From Patescibacteria group bacterium (lineage in GTDB: Bacteria > Patescibacteriota > Minisyncoccia > Phycocordibacterales > Phycocordibacteraceae): a stretch of 64,000 nt of DNA. Location of the stretch: positions 612 through 64,611 of the forward strand of contig JBBTSV010000005.1 of assembly GCA_038064595.1 (NCBI GenBank). Reading direction: 5' to 3'. The position numbers were made by a program, and so were the translations under genes. Below the pieces are notes generated by a model that was not told where the DNA came from, did no database searches, and saw only the letters and a program-made list of their open reading frames with translations. Shown here in pieces: positions 30,965-39,078 of this stretch. Within the stretch, counting starts at the first letter, position 1. Each line of letters opens with the position of its first letter.

Positions 30965-31231
30965 ATGAACGAATTTCTCAAGATGGATATCTTTTTCTTC
31001 GTCACCACTGTGATTGCAGTTATCTTTGGCGTTCTGGGTGCCTACGTTCTCTGGCGGGTGGGGCGGATCCTCACGCATATCGAGCATATTTCTGAAGCGG
31101 TGGTAATGGAGAGCGCGCTGGTGCGGCAAGATCTAGCAGAGCTGCGAGAGAATATACGGGGTGGGGGAGGCCGCATCCGACCATTCTTTAGCTTCTTCAA
31201 GAAGTGGGCGCTGCGTAATAAGAAGAAATAG
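30965..31231 (+). CDS. small membrane protein
   Basis: DIFFFVTTVIAV TM followed by coiled coil. Confidence 0.7.
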   Translation: MNEFLKMDIFFFVTTVIAVIFGVLGAYVLWRVGRILTHIEHISEAVVMESALVRQDLAELRENIRGGGGRIRPFFSFFKKWALRNKKK

Positions 31232-31254
31232 CTTACCCATTTACCTACACCACC

Positions 31255-31620
31255 ATGGCTACTCACACCGGACTCAAGGTCAAGACAGGCGTCGCGCTCG
31301 GGCTCGCGGCAGCCGCAGCCGCAGGCTACTACTTTTACGGCAGCGACAAGGCCAAGCAGCACCGCAAGATCGCTACGCGCTGGGCGGCCGATATGAAAGA
31401 TGATGTGATGAGTAAAGCCGCGCAGCTCAAAGAGATGAGCGCGAAGGACTTTGCCACCATCGTCGACACTGTCTCGGCCACCTACGCGGGTGCCCGCGCC
31501 ATCGACGCGAGCGACCTCAAGCGTGCCGCGCAGGAGCTCAAGGATAACTGGAAGGAGGTCCAGAAGGAGCTCGTCACTAAGGCCTCCAAGGCGGCCGCCA
31601 AAGCCCGCAAAGCGGGCTAG
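31255..31620 (+). CDS. YtxH-like membrane-anchored protein
   Basis: GVALGLAAAAAAGYYFYG anchor plus charged helical tail. Confidence 0.7.
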   Translation: MATHTGLKVKTGVALGLAAAAAAGYYFYGSDKAKQHRKIATRWAADMKDDVMSKAAQLKEMSAKDFATIVDTVSATYAGARAIDASDLKRAAQELKDNWKEVQKELVTKASKAAAKARKAG

Positions 31621-31780
31621 TCTCGCGGGCTCTCGTTTTTTTGTTGAAATATTCTTATCACTCGACGGTCGGCCATACATAAGGATATTTGATCGGTGAC
31701 CGACCATACACAATCATGACGCTATAGCGTGAAGATTAGGTATACCCGCCGCGGAAGTTTAACTTCCGCAGCACCCTTAT

Positions 31781-31905
31781 CCGCCAGCTTTTGAAATAAG
31801 CGCAGTAGCGGCGATTGACTTTTAGCATGGATAGCGCTATCCTGAGGGCATAACCATAGAGAAAACCCTGTTGCATATCCGTATGCAATGGGGGTTTCTC
31901 TTTTT
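31781..31905 (+). promoter_or_regulatory. promoter driving a short hairpin transcript convergent with the NYN gene
   Basis: TTGACT(31815)-17-TATCCT(31838), no ORF, long hairpin 31858-31901 plus T-run ending at the NYN stop codon. Confidence 0.55.
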
Positions 31906-32398
31906 AGGGCGACGCTCTTTCAGAAAACTTGTGGTACAGATCGTTGAGGAAGACTAGGTCTGTATTTTTATTGCGAAGCAGAAATGAGCACTTTTGTTTA
32001 TTCGGAGCGATTACGCTATGCATCGCCTTATGCTCGACAAGGAATTCGACGAGGCAGCCAAAGTCGCCGTCACCGGTGACCAATACGCACTGGTCGTACT
32101 CTTTTTCATAAAACTGTGACGTTGCTTTAAGCACCAGCTCGGCGTCGCAGTTACCCTTGACCTCTCCATCTACCGAGATTGTTTGCTTGAAGATAAGAAT
32201 GAAGCCGCACTGCTGCAAATGCTCATACAGCTTCGTTTTGCCGGGAATAAGACCGATGAAGAGATAGACATTGGTCGGGTTGTACTTTTGGCGTAGCCAC
32301 CCACGGAACTTTTTGTAGTCGATACGGAACCCGAGCTCGGCAGAGGCGCGATGCAGATTTGCGCTGTCGATATAGACGTTGATGCGAGCGGCGTCCAT
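31904..32398 (-). CDS. NYN-domain (PIN-like) nuclease
   Basis: YIDSANL, KGNCDAEL, VTGDGDF acidic motifs. Confidence 0.92.
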   Translation of the reverse strand: MDAARINVYIDSANLHRASAELGFRIDYKKFRGWLRQKYNPTNVYLFIGLIPGKTKLYEHLQQCGFILIFKQTISVDGEVKGNCDAELVLKATSQFYEKEYDQCVLVTGDGDFGCLVEFLVEHKAMHSVIAPNKQKCSFLLRNKNTDLVFLNDLYHKFSERASP

Positions 32399-32466
32399 GC
32401 CGTAAGCATAGCAGATCACCACGTTCCCCTAGGACCGTCCTAGGGGGATCATCCACGGTGAGACTA

Positions 32467-32502
32467 TCCGCAAGGTGTCACCTCGAGGTGACACCTTGCG
32501 GA
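32467..32502. repeat. 36-bp perfect palindrome
   Basis: TCCGCAAGGTGTCACCTCGAGGTGACACCTTGCGGA; a second palindrome CCCCTAGGACCGTCCTAGGGG at about 32426-32446. Confidence 0.9.
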
Positions 32503-32701
32503 ATAAATATACAGATCGGATTCGGTAGGGGAGGTGCTGGGGATGCTCAAGGCAGCATCGCCGAGGGCCGGACCGCCGCGATCCTCTTCCGCCACCTTTT
32601 GAAATAAACTTAGTTAGGCTGTTTGACAGTACATACGCAATGTGCTATAAAAGAATTAGACGGAATTGGTCCGTCGTATCGAATCTACACAGGAGAGTTT
32701 G

Positions 32702-33334
32702 ATGTCCCATAGCAACGCAAGAACTGGTGCCAGTGTTCCGCTTCTCACGCAAAAGCTGGCGCAGACTGGCCTCTACGAGTTACTGAATCTCGACGGCGGG
32801 TTCACAGACAAGAAGCTGTACTGGAGCCAACGTGATTGCAACGAGTGTGTTCTCGAGGAGCATCCGTTCGGGCTTGATACGTCCACGGGCTCGGAAACGC
32901 AATTGGATCATGGGGTCCGACTCATCGCATGCGATGGCGGCACCGACACTTCGGTCAAGGCGATGAAGCTCATGCTCGGCCATCATGCCGCGGTCCATCC
33001 CGTCAGCGGCCGCTTAGACTTCCGTCTGCGGATCATCCGCATCCGGAAAGCCGCAGAACATTGGGAGCGCCCGGGGCAATTCATCCACGACCTGTACTTC
33101 GAGCTGATCACCTGCGTCGGGAGCTTCATGTGCGGTGGCGTCAACGACCATACCGGCGAAGGCGGGTACGGCGGAGAGCAGTTGGAGGCAATCTTCCGCT
33201 TCATCGCCGCTCTCTACGACAAGCCGCTCGAAGAAGTCGTGATCCCCCAGGCCGACGCCGAGCCAGCACGGCGGAAGCTATCCGCCGCATACGGCAAGTT
33301 TGTCGAGCGGAAGAGGAGTGCGGTGGAAGCGTGA
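32702..33334 (+). CDS. hypothetical protein
   Basis: TTGACA-17-TATAAA promoter, AGGAG SD, 210-aa ORF; no recognised motif. Confidence 0.7.
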   Translation: MSHSNARTGASVPLLTQKLAQTGLYELLNLDGGFTDKKLYWSQRDCNECVLEEHPFGLDTSTGSETQLDHGVRLIACDGGTDTSVKAMKLMLGHHAAVHPVSGRLDFRLRIIRIRKAAEHWERPGQFIHDLYFELITCVGSFMCGGVNDHTGEGGYGGEQLEAIFRFIAALYDKPLEEVVIPQADAEPARRKLSAAYGKFVERKRSAVEA

Positions 33335-33443
33335 CCTGGGCAGTACCTTCACGAAGGCCCACGATTAGGCTCATAGCCAGATCGTGGGCCTTTTCGTTTC
33401 CTATGACGAAGGGGTTGTGGGACGAAATGATATACTGGGGACC

Positions 33444-34265
33444 ATGACGGTCGCCGAGAGAAAAATCCTTTCTGTAGTCGCCCAAAAACCTTATTTCTTG
33501 AAGGACAACTTCGTTCTATATCACGGAGACTCAATAAACGTTCTCGCGCAGCTGCCCGAGAATTCGATCGACATGATCTTCGCCGATCCGCCGTACAATC
33601 TCTCCAATGGCGGCTTCACGGTGCACGCCGGACGCATGGTGAGCGTCAACAAAGGTGTCTGGGACATTAGCAAAGGATTTGAAGACGATTACGCCTTCCA
33701 CTATCGTTGGCTTGAGGCCTGCAAGCGCGTTTTGAAGCCTGAGGGCACACTCTGGGTGAGCGGCACCTATCACTCTATCTATCAGTGCGGTCATGCACTC
33801 CAATCCCTCGGCTACCATATCCTCAACGACATTTCATGGTTCAAGCCGAATGCCTCGCCAAACTTGAGCTGCCGATTCTTCACCGCGAGCCACGAGACAA
33901 TCGTCTGGGCGCGCAAAGATAAGAAGGCAAAACATACTTTCAATTATGAGCTAATGAAAGAAGGGAACTGGCCCGAGGATCAGTTGAAGAAGCCGGGACT
34001 CCAGATGCGCTCCGTATGGTCCATGGGCACCCCTCGCCCGGAGGAGAAGAAATACGGCAAGCATCCCACCCAGAAGCCGCTCGACCTGCTCAAGCGCATA
34101 GTGCTTTCGAGCACCAACAAAGGTAACGTCGTCCTCGACCCATTTACAGGCAGCTCCACGACGGGCATCGCCGCCGCTCTAAATGGGCGTAAATTCATCG
34201 GCATAGACATGGAAAAGAAGTACCTTGATCTTTCAATAAAAAGATTTAATGATCTTCGTGTATGA
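33444..34265 (+). CDS. beta-class N6-adenine DNA methyltransferase (DpnA-like)
   Basis: FADPPYNLSNGG..SVNKG.WD, HPTQKP, DPFTGSSTTG. Confidence 0.93.
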   Translation: MTVAERKILSVVAQKPYFLKDNFVLYHGDSINVLAQLPENSIDMIFADPPYNLSNGGFTVHAGRMVSVNKGVWDISKGFEDDYAFHYRWLEACKRVLKPEGTLWVSGTYHSIYQCGHALQSLGYHILNDISWFKPNASPNLSCRFFTASHETIVWARKDKKAKHTFNYELMKEGNWPEDQLKKPGLQMRSVWSMGTPRPEEKKYGKHPTQKPLDLLKRIVLSSTNKGNVVLDPFTGSSTTGIAAALNGRKFIGIDMEKKYLDLSIKRFNDLRV

Positions 34266-34882
34266 AAATTGTTACGCGTACTATAGCAATAAGAAATTTG
34301 AAGAAATACATCGGGAAAGATTTGCGTCCACTCGCACTCAAGCATGGCATAACTACCTACGAGACCGGAAAGCAAAACAAAGGTTGGAAAGGTTTAGTTT
34401 TAGGACCATTGGCAGGTCTAACGAATAATAATTTGAAGGCCCCAAATGGCTTAGGTTTTGAGTTAAAGTCAGTTGCTTTCCATAAAGTAAAGGGCGAGCT
34501 CGTACCCAAGGAAACAATGGCGATCACAATGATCAACCCCAATGAGCTGCGGAAACACACATTCTATAAGAGCCACTGTTGGGAGAAACTGAAAGGCTTA
34601 GTTTTCTGTGCGGTTGAGTGGAGTGGCAAAAACTCTGGGGAAGCGAGGTTGCTCAAAGTGGCGAGCTTGGATTTTGCTGAAGATGACAAGCTTATAAAAG
34701 AGGTTAAGGCAGATTACGATCTCATTCGTAAAAAGCTAATTGCGGAAGGTTTCGACGCCTTGACGGGCAAGGACGGTAAATGGATACAAGCTCGAACCAA
34801 AGGATCCGGGCACGGTTCCACTAGCCGTGCATTCTATGCACGTACCTCATTCGTAAAGAAAATTTTCGAAACAGCAAGTTGA
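34262..34882 (+). CDS. MutH/Sau3AI-family endonuclease
   Basis: NKGWKG, ELKS, PKETMAIT, QARTKG, SRAFY; ATGA overlap with the MTase. Confidence 0.85.
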   Translation: MKIVTRTIAIRNLKKYIGKDLRPLALKHGITTYETGKQNKGWKGLVLGPLAGLTNNNLKAPNGLGFELKSVAFHKVKGELVPKETMAITMINPNELRKHTFYKSHCWEKLKGLVFCAVEWSGKNSGEARLLKVASLDFAEDDKLIKEVKADYDLIRKKLIAEGFDALTGKDGKWIQARTKGSGHGSTSRAFYARTSFVKKIFETAS

Positions 34883-34889
34883 AGTCAAT

Positions 34890-35504
34890 ATGGAACTCCT
34901 TTACATAACTTTAGGATGGTTGTTTGGCTTACTCACGCCTCCCATTTCTTCTAGAATAGACAGAAAATATAAAGAAAAAGACTTTAGATTTGCAATATGT
35001 TCGGAGCTCAAAAATCTTGCTACTAGGATCGCGGGGCTTTCCTTTAAAGTCCATCTTCATTTGGGGAGTTTAGACAAACCATCATTAAGGTGGATTGGGG
35101 ATGTCTATAAAAAGTACAATGATGGCATGGTAACACCTGAAATGGAAAAAATATTCGGAGCGTCAGATGCAGATTTTAAAACGGTAATGGAGAAATATAA
35201 AGCATCTGAAAACAGATCGCTTGCTATCAAGACTTTCTCACTCCCAGTTATGGACTCTTTGTTGGGAGACATATGGGTTTTTGATTCACAATTTCAACGA
35301 GAAATCTTGGAATTGAGAAGTCAGGTGGATATTTTAAATCAAGAAATTGAAAATTGCATGCAATACTTTTTTCTAACTTTTGACCCTAGTACAATGAGTG
35401 CAAATGCGACTGTTTTAAATACGAATCTAAAAGAGAGTCACGGACTCATTGCAGACAGATGTAAAATTGTAGTGAGTAAAATTGACGTGATTATTGATAA
35501 ATAA
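34890..35504 (+). CDS. AT-rich hypothetical protein with N-terminal TM
   Basis: 204-aa ORF co-oriented with the R-M pair; visibly lower GC than the core genes. Confidence 0.75.
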   Translation: MELLYITLGWLFGLLTPPISSRIDRKYKEKDFRFAICSELKNLATRIAGLSFKVHLHLGSLDKPSLRWIGDVYKKYNDGMVTPEMEKIFGASDADFKTVMEKYKASENRSLAIKTFSLPVMDSLLGDIWVFDSQFQREILELRSQVDILNQEIENCMQYFFLTFDPSTMSANATVLNTNLKESHGLIADRCKIVVSKIDVIIDK

Positions 35505-35511
35505 CACTTCG

Positions 35512-35628
35512 TTTTGTGGTATCGTACAGAGCATGAATACAGGAGGAGAAGATGGGGGAGGGAAACCGGTGCTGGTGTCGGGGGTGAAGCCGACGGGGGA
35601 GCTGCATATCGGGAAGGGTGTATTATAA
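35512..35628 (+). pseudogene. duplicated trpS promoter and 5' fragment
   Basis: 35512-35615 matches 36417-36520 with 6 mismatches; encodes MNTGGEDGGGKPVLVSGVKPTGELHIGKGVL then stop. Confidence 0.9.
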
Positions 35629-35633
35629 AGCGA

Positions 35634-36278
35634 GTGAAAACATTATTTGTTGACGAATCGGGCAATCTTGGGACAAAAGATCGATACTTTGTGCTCGTTC
35701 TATTTGCTCCTCAACGGAGCAAGCGCGTAGTGAATTTTATGAGGAAGTTCTGTGCCACAAATAAGCTGTCTGAAGTGAAGGCGAGCAGACTGTCTTTCCC
35801 TCAAAAGCAAGAGATTTTTAATAAACTCTGCAGTGCCAATGACTATACGATTTCATACATCGTCGCGGATAAGCAGAATATTGATAATAAGAAATTGTTT
35901 GAGGATAAAAACCTCTGCTACAACTACTTGTTTTCGTTCTTGGTGAAAAAGACCATAAAAAGTTCCCCGGAAGATCTGTCCATTCTGCTTGATAATCACT
36001 CGACTAAGGTCGGTTCTATTAACTCTCTTTCTGACTACATTAAGATAAAAGCGTTTACGCAGTTTGGCTACCAGCATAACCTGCAAATTGCGTACACAAA
36101 CTCGGAACATTCCAAGGTGGTGCAGGCGGTTGATGTGATTGCGAATGCAATTTGGGCGCATTACAACTATGGTGCGAGCCATTTCTATAACATGCTGACG
36201 ATCAGTGAATCGATTCGATTTCCGCAGAACAAATTTGGACAAAATCTCGTTATCCCCACGGCTCCTATCTCACCTTGA
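35634..36278 (+). CDS. DUF3800-like RNase H-fold protein
   Basis: GTG start; LFVDESG, SEVK, ILLD, QAVDVIA acidic pattern. Confidence 0.85.
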   Translation: MKTLFVDESGNLGTKDRYFVLVLFAPQRSKRVVNFMRKFCATNKLSEVKASRLSFPQKQEIFNKLCSANDYTISYIVADKQNIDNKKLFEDKNLCYNYLFSFLVKKTIKSSPEDLSILLDNHSTKVGSINSLSDYIKIKAFTQFGYQHNLQIAYTNSEHSKVVQAVDVIANAIWAHYNYGASHFYNMLTISESIRFPQNKFGQNLVIPTAPISP

Positions 36279-36309
36279 TTTTATCTGCAATTTCATATAC
36301 TATTAACTT

Positions 36310-36401
36310 GATGTAAATCCGGTGTGGAGCTTATAGCAAGTAAGTGGCGTATTCCGTCACCGAAACACTGGTAATCTAGAAAAGCCCTGCGGGGCTTTTC
36401 T
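36310..36401 (+). ncRNA. candidate DUF3800-associated structured RNA
   Basis: TTGATT-17-TACTAT promoter; three-way junction CCGGTGT/ACACTGG, GCTTAT/GTAAGT, GGCG/CGTC; terminator AGAAAAGCCC-TGCG-GGGCTTTTCT. Confidence 0.65.
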
Positions 36402-36437
36402 GCTTTCTAGGTTAATTTTTGTGGTATCGTACAGAGC

Positions 36438-37415
36438 ATGAATACAGGAGGAGACAATGGGGGAGGGAAGCCGGTGCTGGTGTCGGGGGTCAAGCCGACG
36501 GGGGAGCTGCATATAGGCAACTACTTTGGCGCGATGCGCCAGTTTGTCGAGCTGACCAAGGAGGGCAAGTATCGGCCCTTCGTCTTTGTCGCCGACTATC
36601 ACGCGCTCAACTCGGTGCAGGATCAGGGGGAGATGAAGCGGCGCACCCGAGAGGTGGTGATGGCCTACCTCGCTATCGGGCTCGACCCCGAGCAGGTGAC
36701 GATCTTCAAGCAGTCGGAGGTCCCGGCGCACACCGAGCTCTGCTGGATCTTCGACACCCTCACCACGATGCCGTATCTCATGCGCGCGCACGCCTTCAAG
36801 GATGCCGAGGCCAAGAATAAGGAGATCAATGTCGGGACCTTCAACTACCCGATCCTCATGGCTGCCGATGTCCTCCTCTATGACGCCGCCGTGGTGCCAG
36901 TGGGGCAGGATCAGAAGCAGCATATCGAGATCATGCGCGACATCGCAGAGAAGTTTAACCGGATATATAAAACGGAGGTGTTCAAGCTCCCCGAGCCCAT
37001 GATCGTGCCCGAGGTGGCGGTGGTGCCGGGCACTGATGGCGGCAAGATGAGTAAGAGCGAGGGCAACGTGATCCCCCTCTTCGGCACACGCGACGAGCTC
37101 GCGAAGGCGGTGATGAGTATTGTCACTGACTCTGCTGGCGGCCGGCCGGAGAATGTCTACGCTATCCATAAACTAGTGCGCAGCGAGCAGGAGCTCGAGG
37201 CAGTCTATGCCGAGCACGAAGGGAATTACAAAATGCTCAAAGAAATTTTGATTGAGGATCTCGACCGCGTTCTCGCGCCTATGCGCGCGAAGTATGAGGC
37301 GCTCAAGGAGGACTCGAGAGAGGTGGACGTGATCCTCGGCCGCGGTGGGCAAGTGGCACGTGAGGTGAGCGAGGCCAAGATGGCGCAGGTCCGCGCAGCG
37401 ATCGGGGTTGCATAA
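36438..37415 (+). CDS. trpS: tryptophan--tRNA ligase
   Basis: SGVKPTGELHIGNY, YPILMAADV, PVGQDQ, KMSKS. Confidence 0.98.
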   Translation: MNTGGDNGGGKPVLVSGVKPTGELHIGNYFGAMRQFVELTKEGKYRPFVFVADYHALNSVQDQGEMKRRTREVVMAYLAIGLDPEQVTIFKQSEVPAHTELCWIFDTLTTMPYLMRAHAFKDAEAKNKEINVGTFNYPILMAADVLLYDAAVVPVGQDQKQHIEIMRDIAEKFNRIYKTEVFKLPEPMIVPEVAVVPGTDGGKMSKSEGNVIPLFGTRDELAKAVMSIVTDSAGGRPENVYAIHKLVRSEQELEAVYAEHEGNYKMLKEILIEDLDRVLAPMRAKYEALKEDSREVDVILGRGGQVAREVSEAKMAQVRAAIGVA

Positions 37416-37441
37416 GTCAACAAGTTTTGTAGAGTACGAGA

Positions 37442-37723
37442 GGACTGCGCCTCCTGATTGCTGGAGCGTGAGCCGCGGGTCGAAGCCGGGTTTCGGCAAT
37501 ACTCACGACTTCTCGACCCCTCTTGATCTGCTCCAGCGATCCACCGTAGTCTGCGGGTGTTACTCCTGCACCCGCCTCGACAGCTACCGCCGCCCCCGGT
37601 TGATGGGATTTGGCCGTTCTTCACCCCTAGGCGCGGGGTTCTGTCGAGAGGGGCTCGCAGGGTTGAGACCCCTGGCGAGCTACCTATTTCAAAAGCCGCC
37701 TCACGTGTACGTGGGCGGCTTTT
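37442..37723 (+). ncRNA. candidate ~280-nt structured ncRNA (unassigned)
   Basis: Several stems whose G-U pairs work only on the + strand; promoter-like TTGCAT-16-TAGAGT upstream; terminator 37691-37723. Confidence 0.65.
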
Positions 37724-37752
37724 ACCATTTAGTTGTGGTATTTTATACCCAT

Positions 37753-39078
37753 ATGAAGAGAACACTTATCGGGGAGCTGGGGCAGAACGTAGGCAAGGAG
37801 GTGATGATCTCGGGCTGGGTCGACGTGCGCCGCGACCACGGCAAGCTCGTCTTCCTCGATATCCGCGACCGCTCGGGCTCTGTTCAGAGTGTCTGCCTAC
37901 CCAATCATGCAGAGGCTCTCGAGACCGCGCAGAAGCTGCGGCCTGAATGGGTGGTCACTATCGAAGGCGTGGTCAACGAGCGCCCCGAGAAGATGCGCAC
38001 CGACGGAGTCAACGGGAGCATCGAGCTCGAGGCGACTGCCGTGAGCGTGCTCGCCGAGGCAGCCGAGCTCCCATTCCCCAAAGACGAGGAGGTCAATCTC
38101 GACACGCGACTCGACAACCGCCCGCTCACGCTCCGGAGCGCGCGCGAGCGCGCAATCTTCTCCGTGCAGGCGACTATTGTCGACGCGTATCGTCGCTCAC
38201 TCGCGCGCCAAGGCTTCACTGAGTTTATGGCTCCCGGGCTTGTGGGCGGCGACGCCGAGGGCGGCGCCGCAGTCTTCAAGGTTGGCTACTATGACCACCC
38301 CGCCGCTTACCTCGCGACCTCGCCGCAGCTCTACAAGCAGATCATGGTAGGCGTCTATGAGCGCGTCTCGACTATCGCCAAGGTCTTCCGCGCCGAGAAG
38401 AGCTCCACCACTCGCCACCTCTCGGAGTCGACACAAATGGACTTTGAGATTGGCTTTATCAAAGATGAAAATGATGTGATGGACGTCTTGGAGACCACGA
38501 TCCGCGATGTGGTGAAGGAGGTCAGCGAGAAGCATGCCGGCGCCTTCGCTCTGCTCGGCGCGGAGGCGCCACAGCTCGGTGATAAGTTCCCGCGCATCAC
38601 GCTCCGCGAGGCGCAGGAGATCGTCGGCAGCAGCGAGGACGATATGGACCCAGAAGGGGAGCGCACAATCTGCGAGTGGGCCAAGAAGGAGCACGGGAGC
38701 GACTTCATCTTCATCACCAAGTTCCCCGCTAAGGTGCGCGCCTTCTATACCATGCCGGACGAAGCGGCGGGAGAAGGGCTCTCACGCGGCTTTGACCTCC
38801 TCTTCCGTGGGCTGGAGATCAACAGCGGCGCACAGCGCATCCACCAGTACGACGAGATGGTGAAGCGCTTTGAGGCACGCGGGATGGACCCCAAGAAGTT
38901 CTCCTTCTATCTCCAAGCATTTAAATATGGCATGCCGCCGCACGGCGGCTGCTCCACCGGCCTCGATCGCTTCACGATGAAAATGCTCGGCCTCGAGAAC
39001 GTGCGCGAGAGCTCTCTCTTCCCGCGCGACATGAACCGCATCGACACGCGCCTCACTCTCGATGAAGATAACGCTTAA
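37753..39078 (+). CDS. aspS: aspartate--tRNA ligase, archaeal/non-discriminating type
   Basis: RDHGKLVFLDIRDR, SPQLYKQ, FRAE, GMPPHGG, LFPRD; 441 aa with no GAD insert. Confidence 0.93.
   Translation: MKRTLIGELGQNVGKEVMISGWVDVRRDHGKLVFLDIRDRSGSVQSVCLPNHAEALETAQKLRPEWVVTIEGVVNERPEKMRTDGVNGSIELEATAVSVLAEAAELPFPKDEEVNLDTRLDNRPLTLRSARERAIFSVQATIVDAYRRSLARQGFTEFMAPGLVGGDAEGGAAVFKVGYYDHPAAYLATSPQLYKQIMVGVYERVSTIAKVFRAEKSSTTRHLSESTQMDFEIGFIKDENDVMDVLETTIRDVVKEVSEKHAGAFALLGAEAPQLGDKFPRITLREAQEIVGSSEDDMDPEGERTICEWAKKEHGSDFIFITKFPAKVRAFYTMPDEAAGEGLSRGFDLLFRGLEINSGAQRIHQYDEMVKRFEARGMDPKKFSFYLQAFKYGMPPHGGCSTGLDRFTMKMLGLENVRESSLFPRDMNRIDTRLTLDEDNA

Noticed and set aside
35514-35633. N-terminal extension or TrpS fusion of the DUF3800 protein
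   Set aside because: The trpS fragment is in a different frame and stops at 35628. The ORF-track extension is an off-frame reading of the duplicate.
37442-37723. RNase P RNA, T-box leader, SRP RNA or group I intron
   Set aside because: The minus strand has RNase P-like words (GACAGAACCC, AAACCCGGCTT) but no correctly placed GAGGAAAGTCC partner. No TGGNACC T-box or SRP domain IV loop was found. G-U pairs favour the + strand.
37408-37752. 115-aa N-terminal extension of AspS in the ORF track
   Set aside because: It is an open frame across the structured region and terminator. Homology and a -10 box point to ATG 37753.
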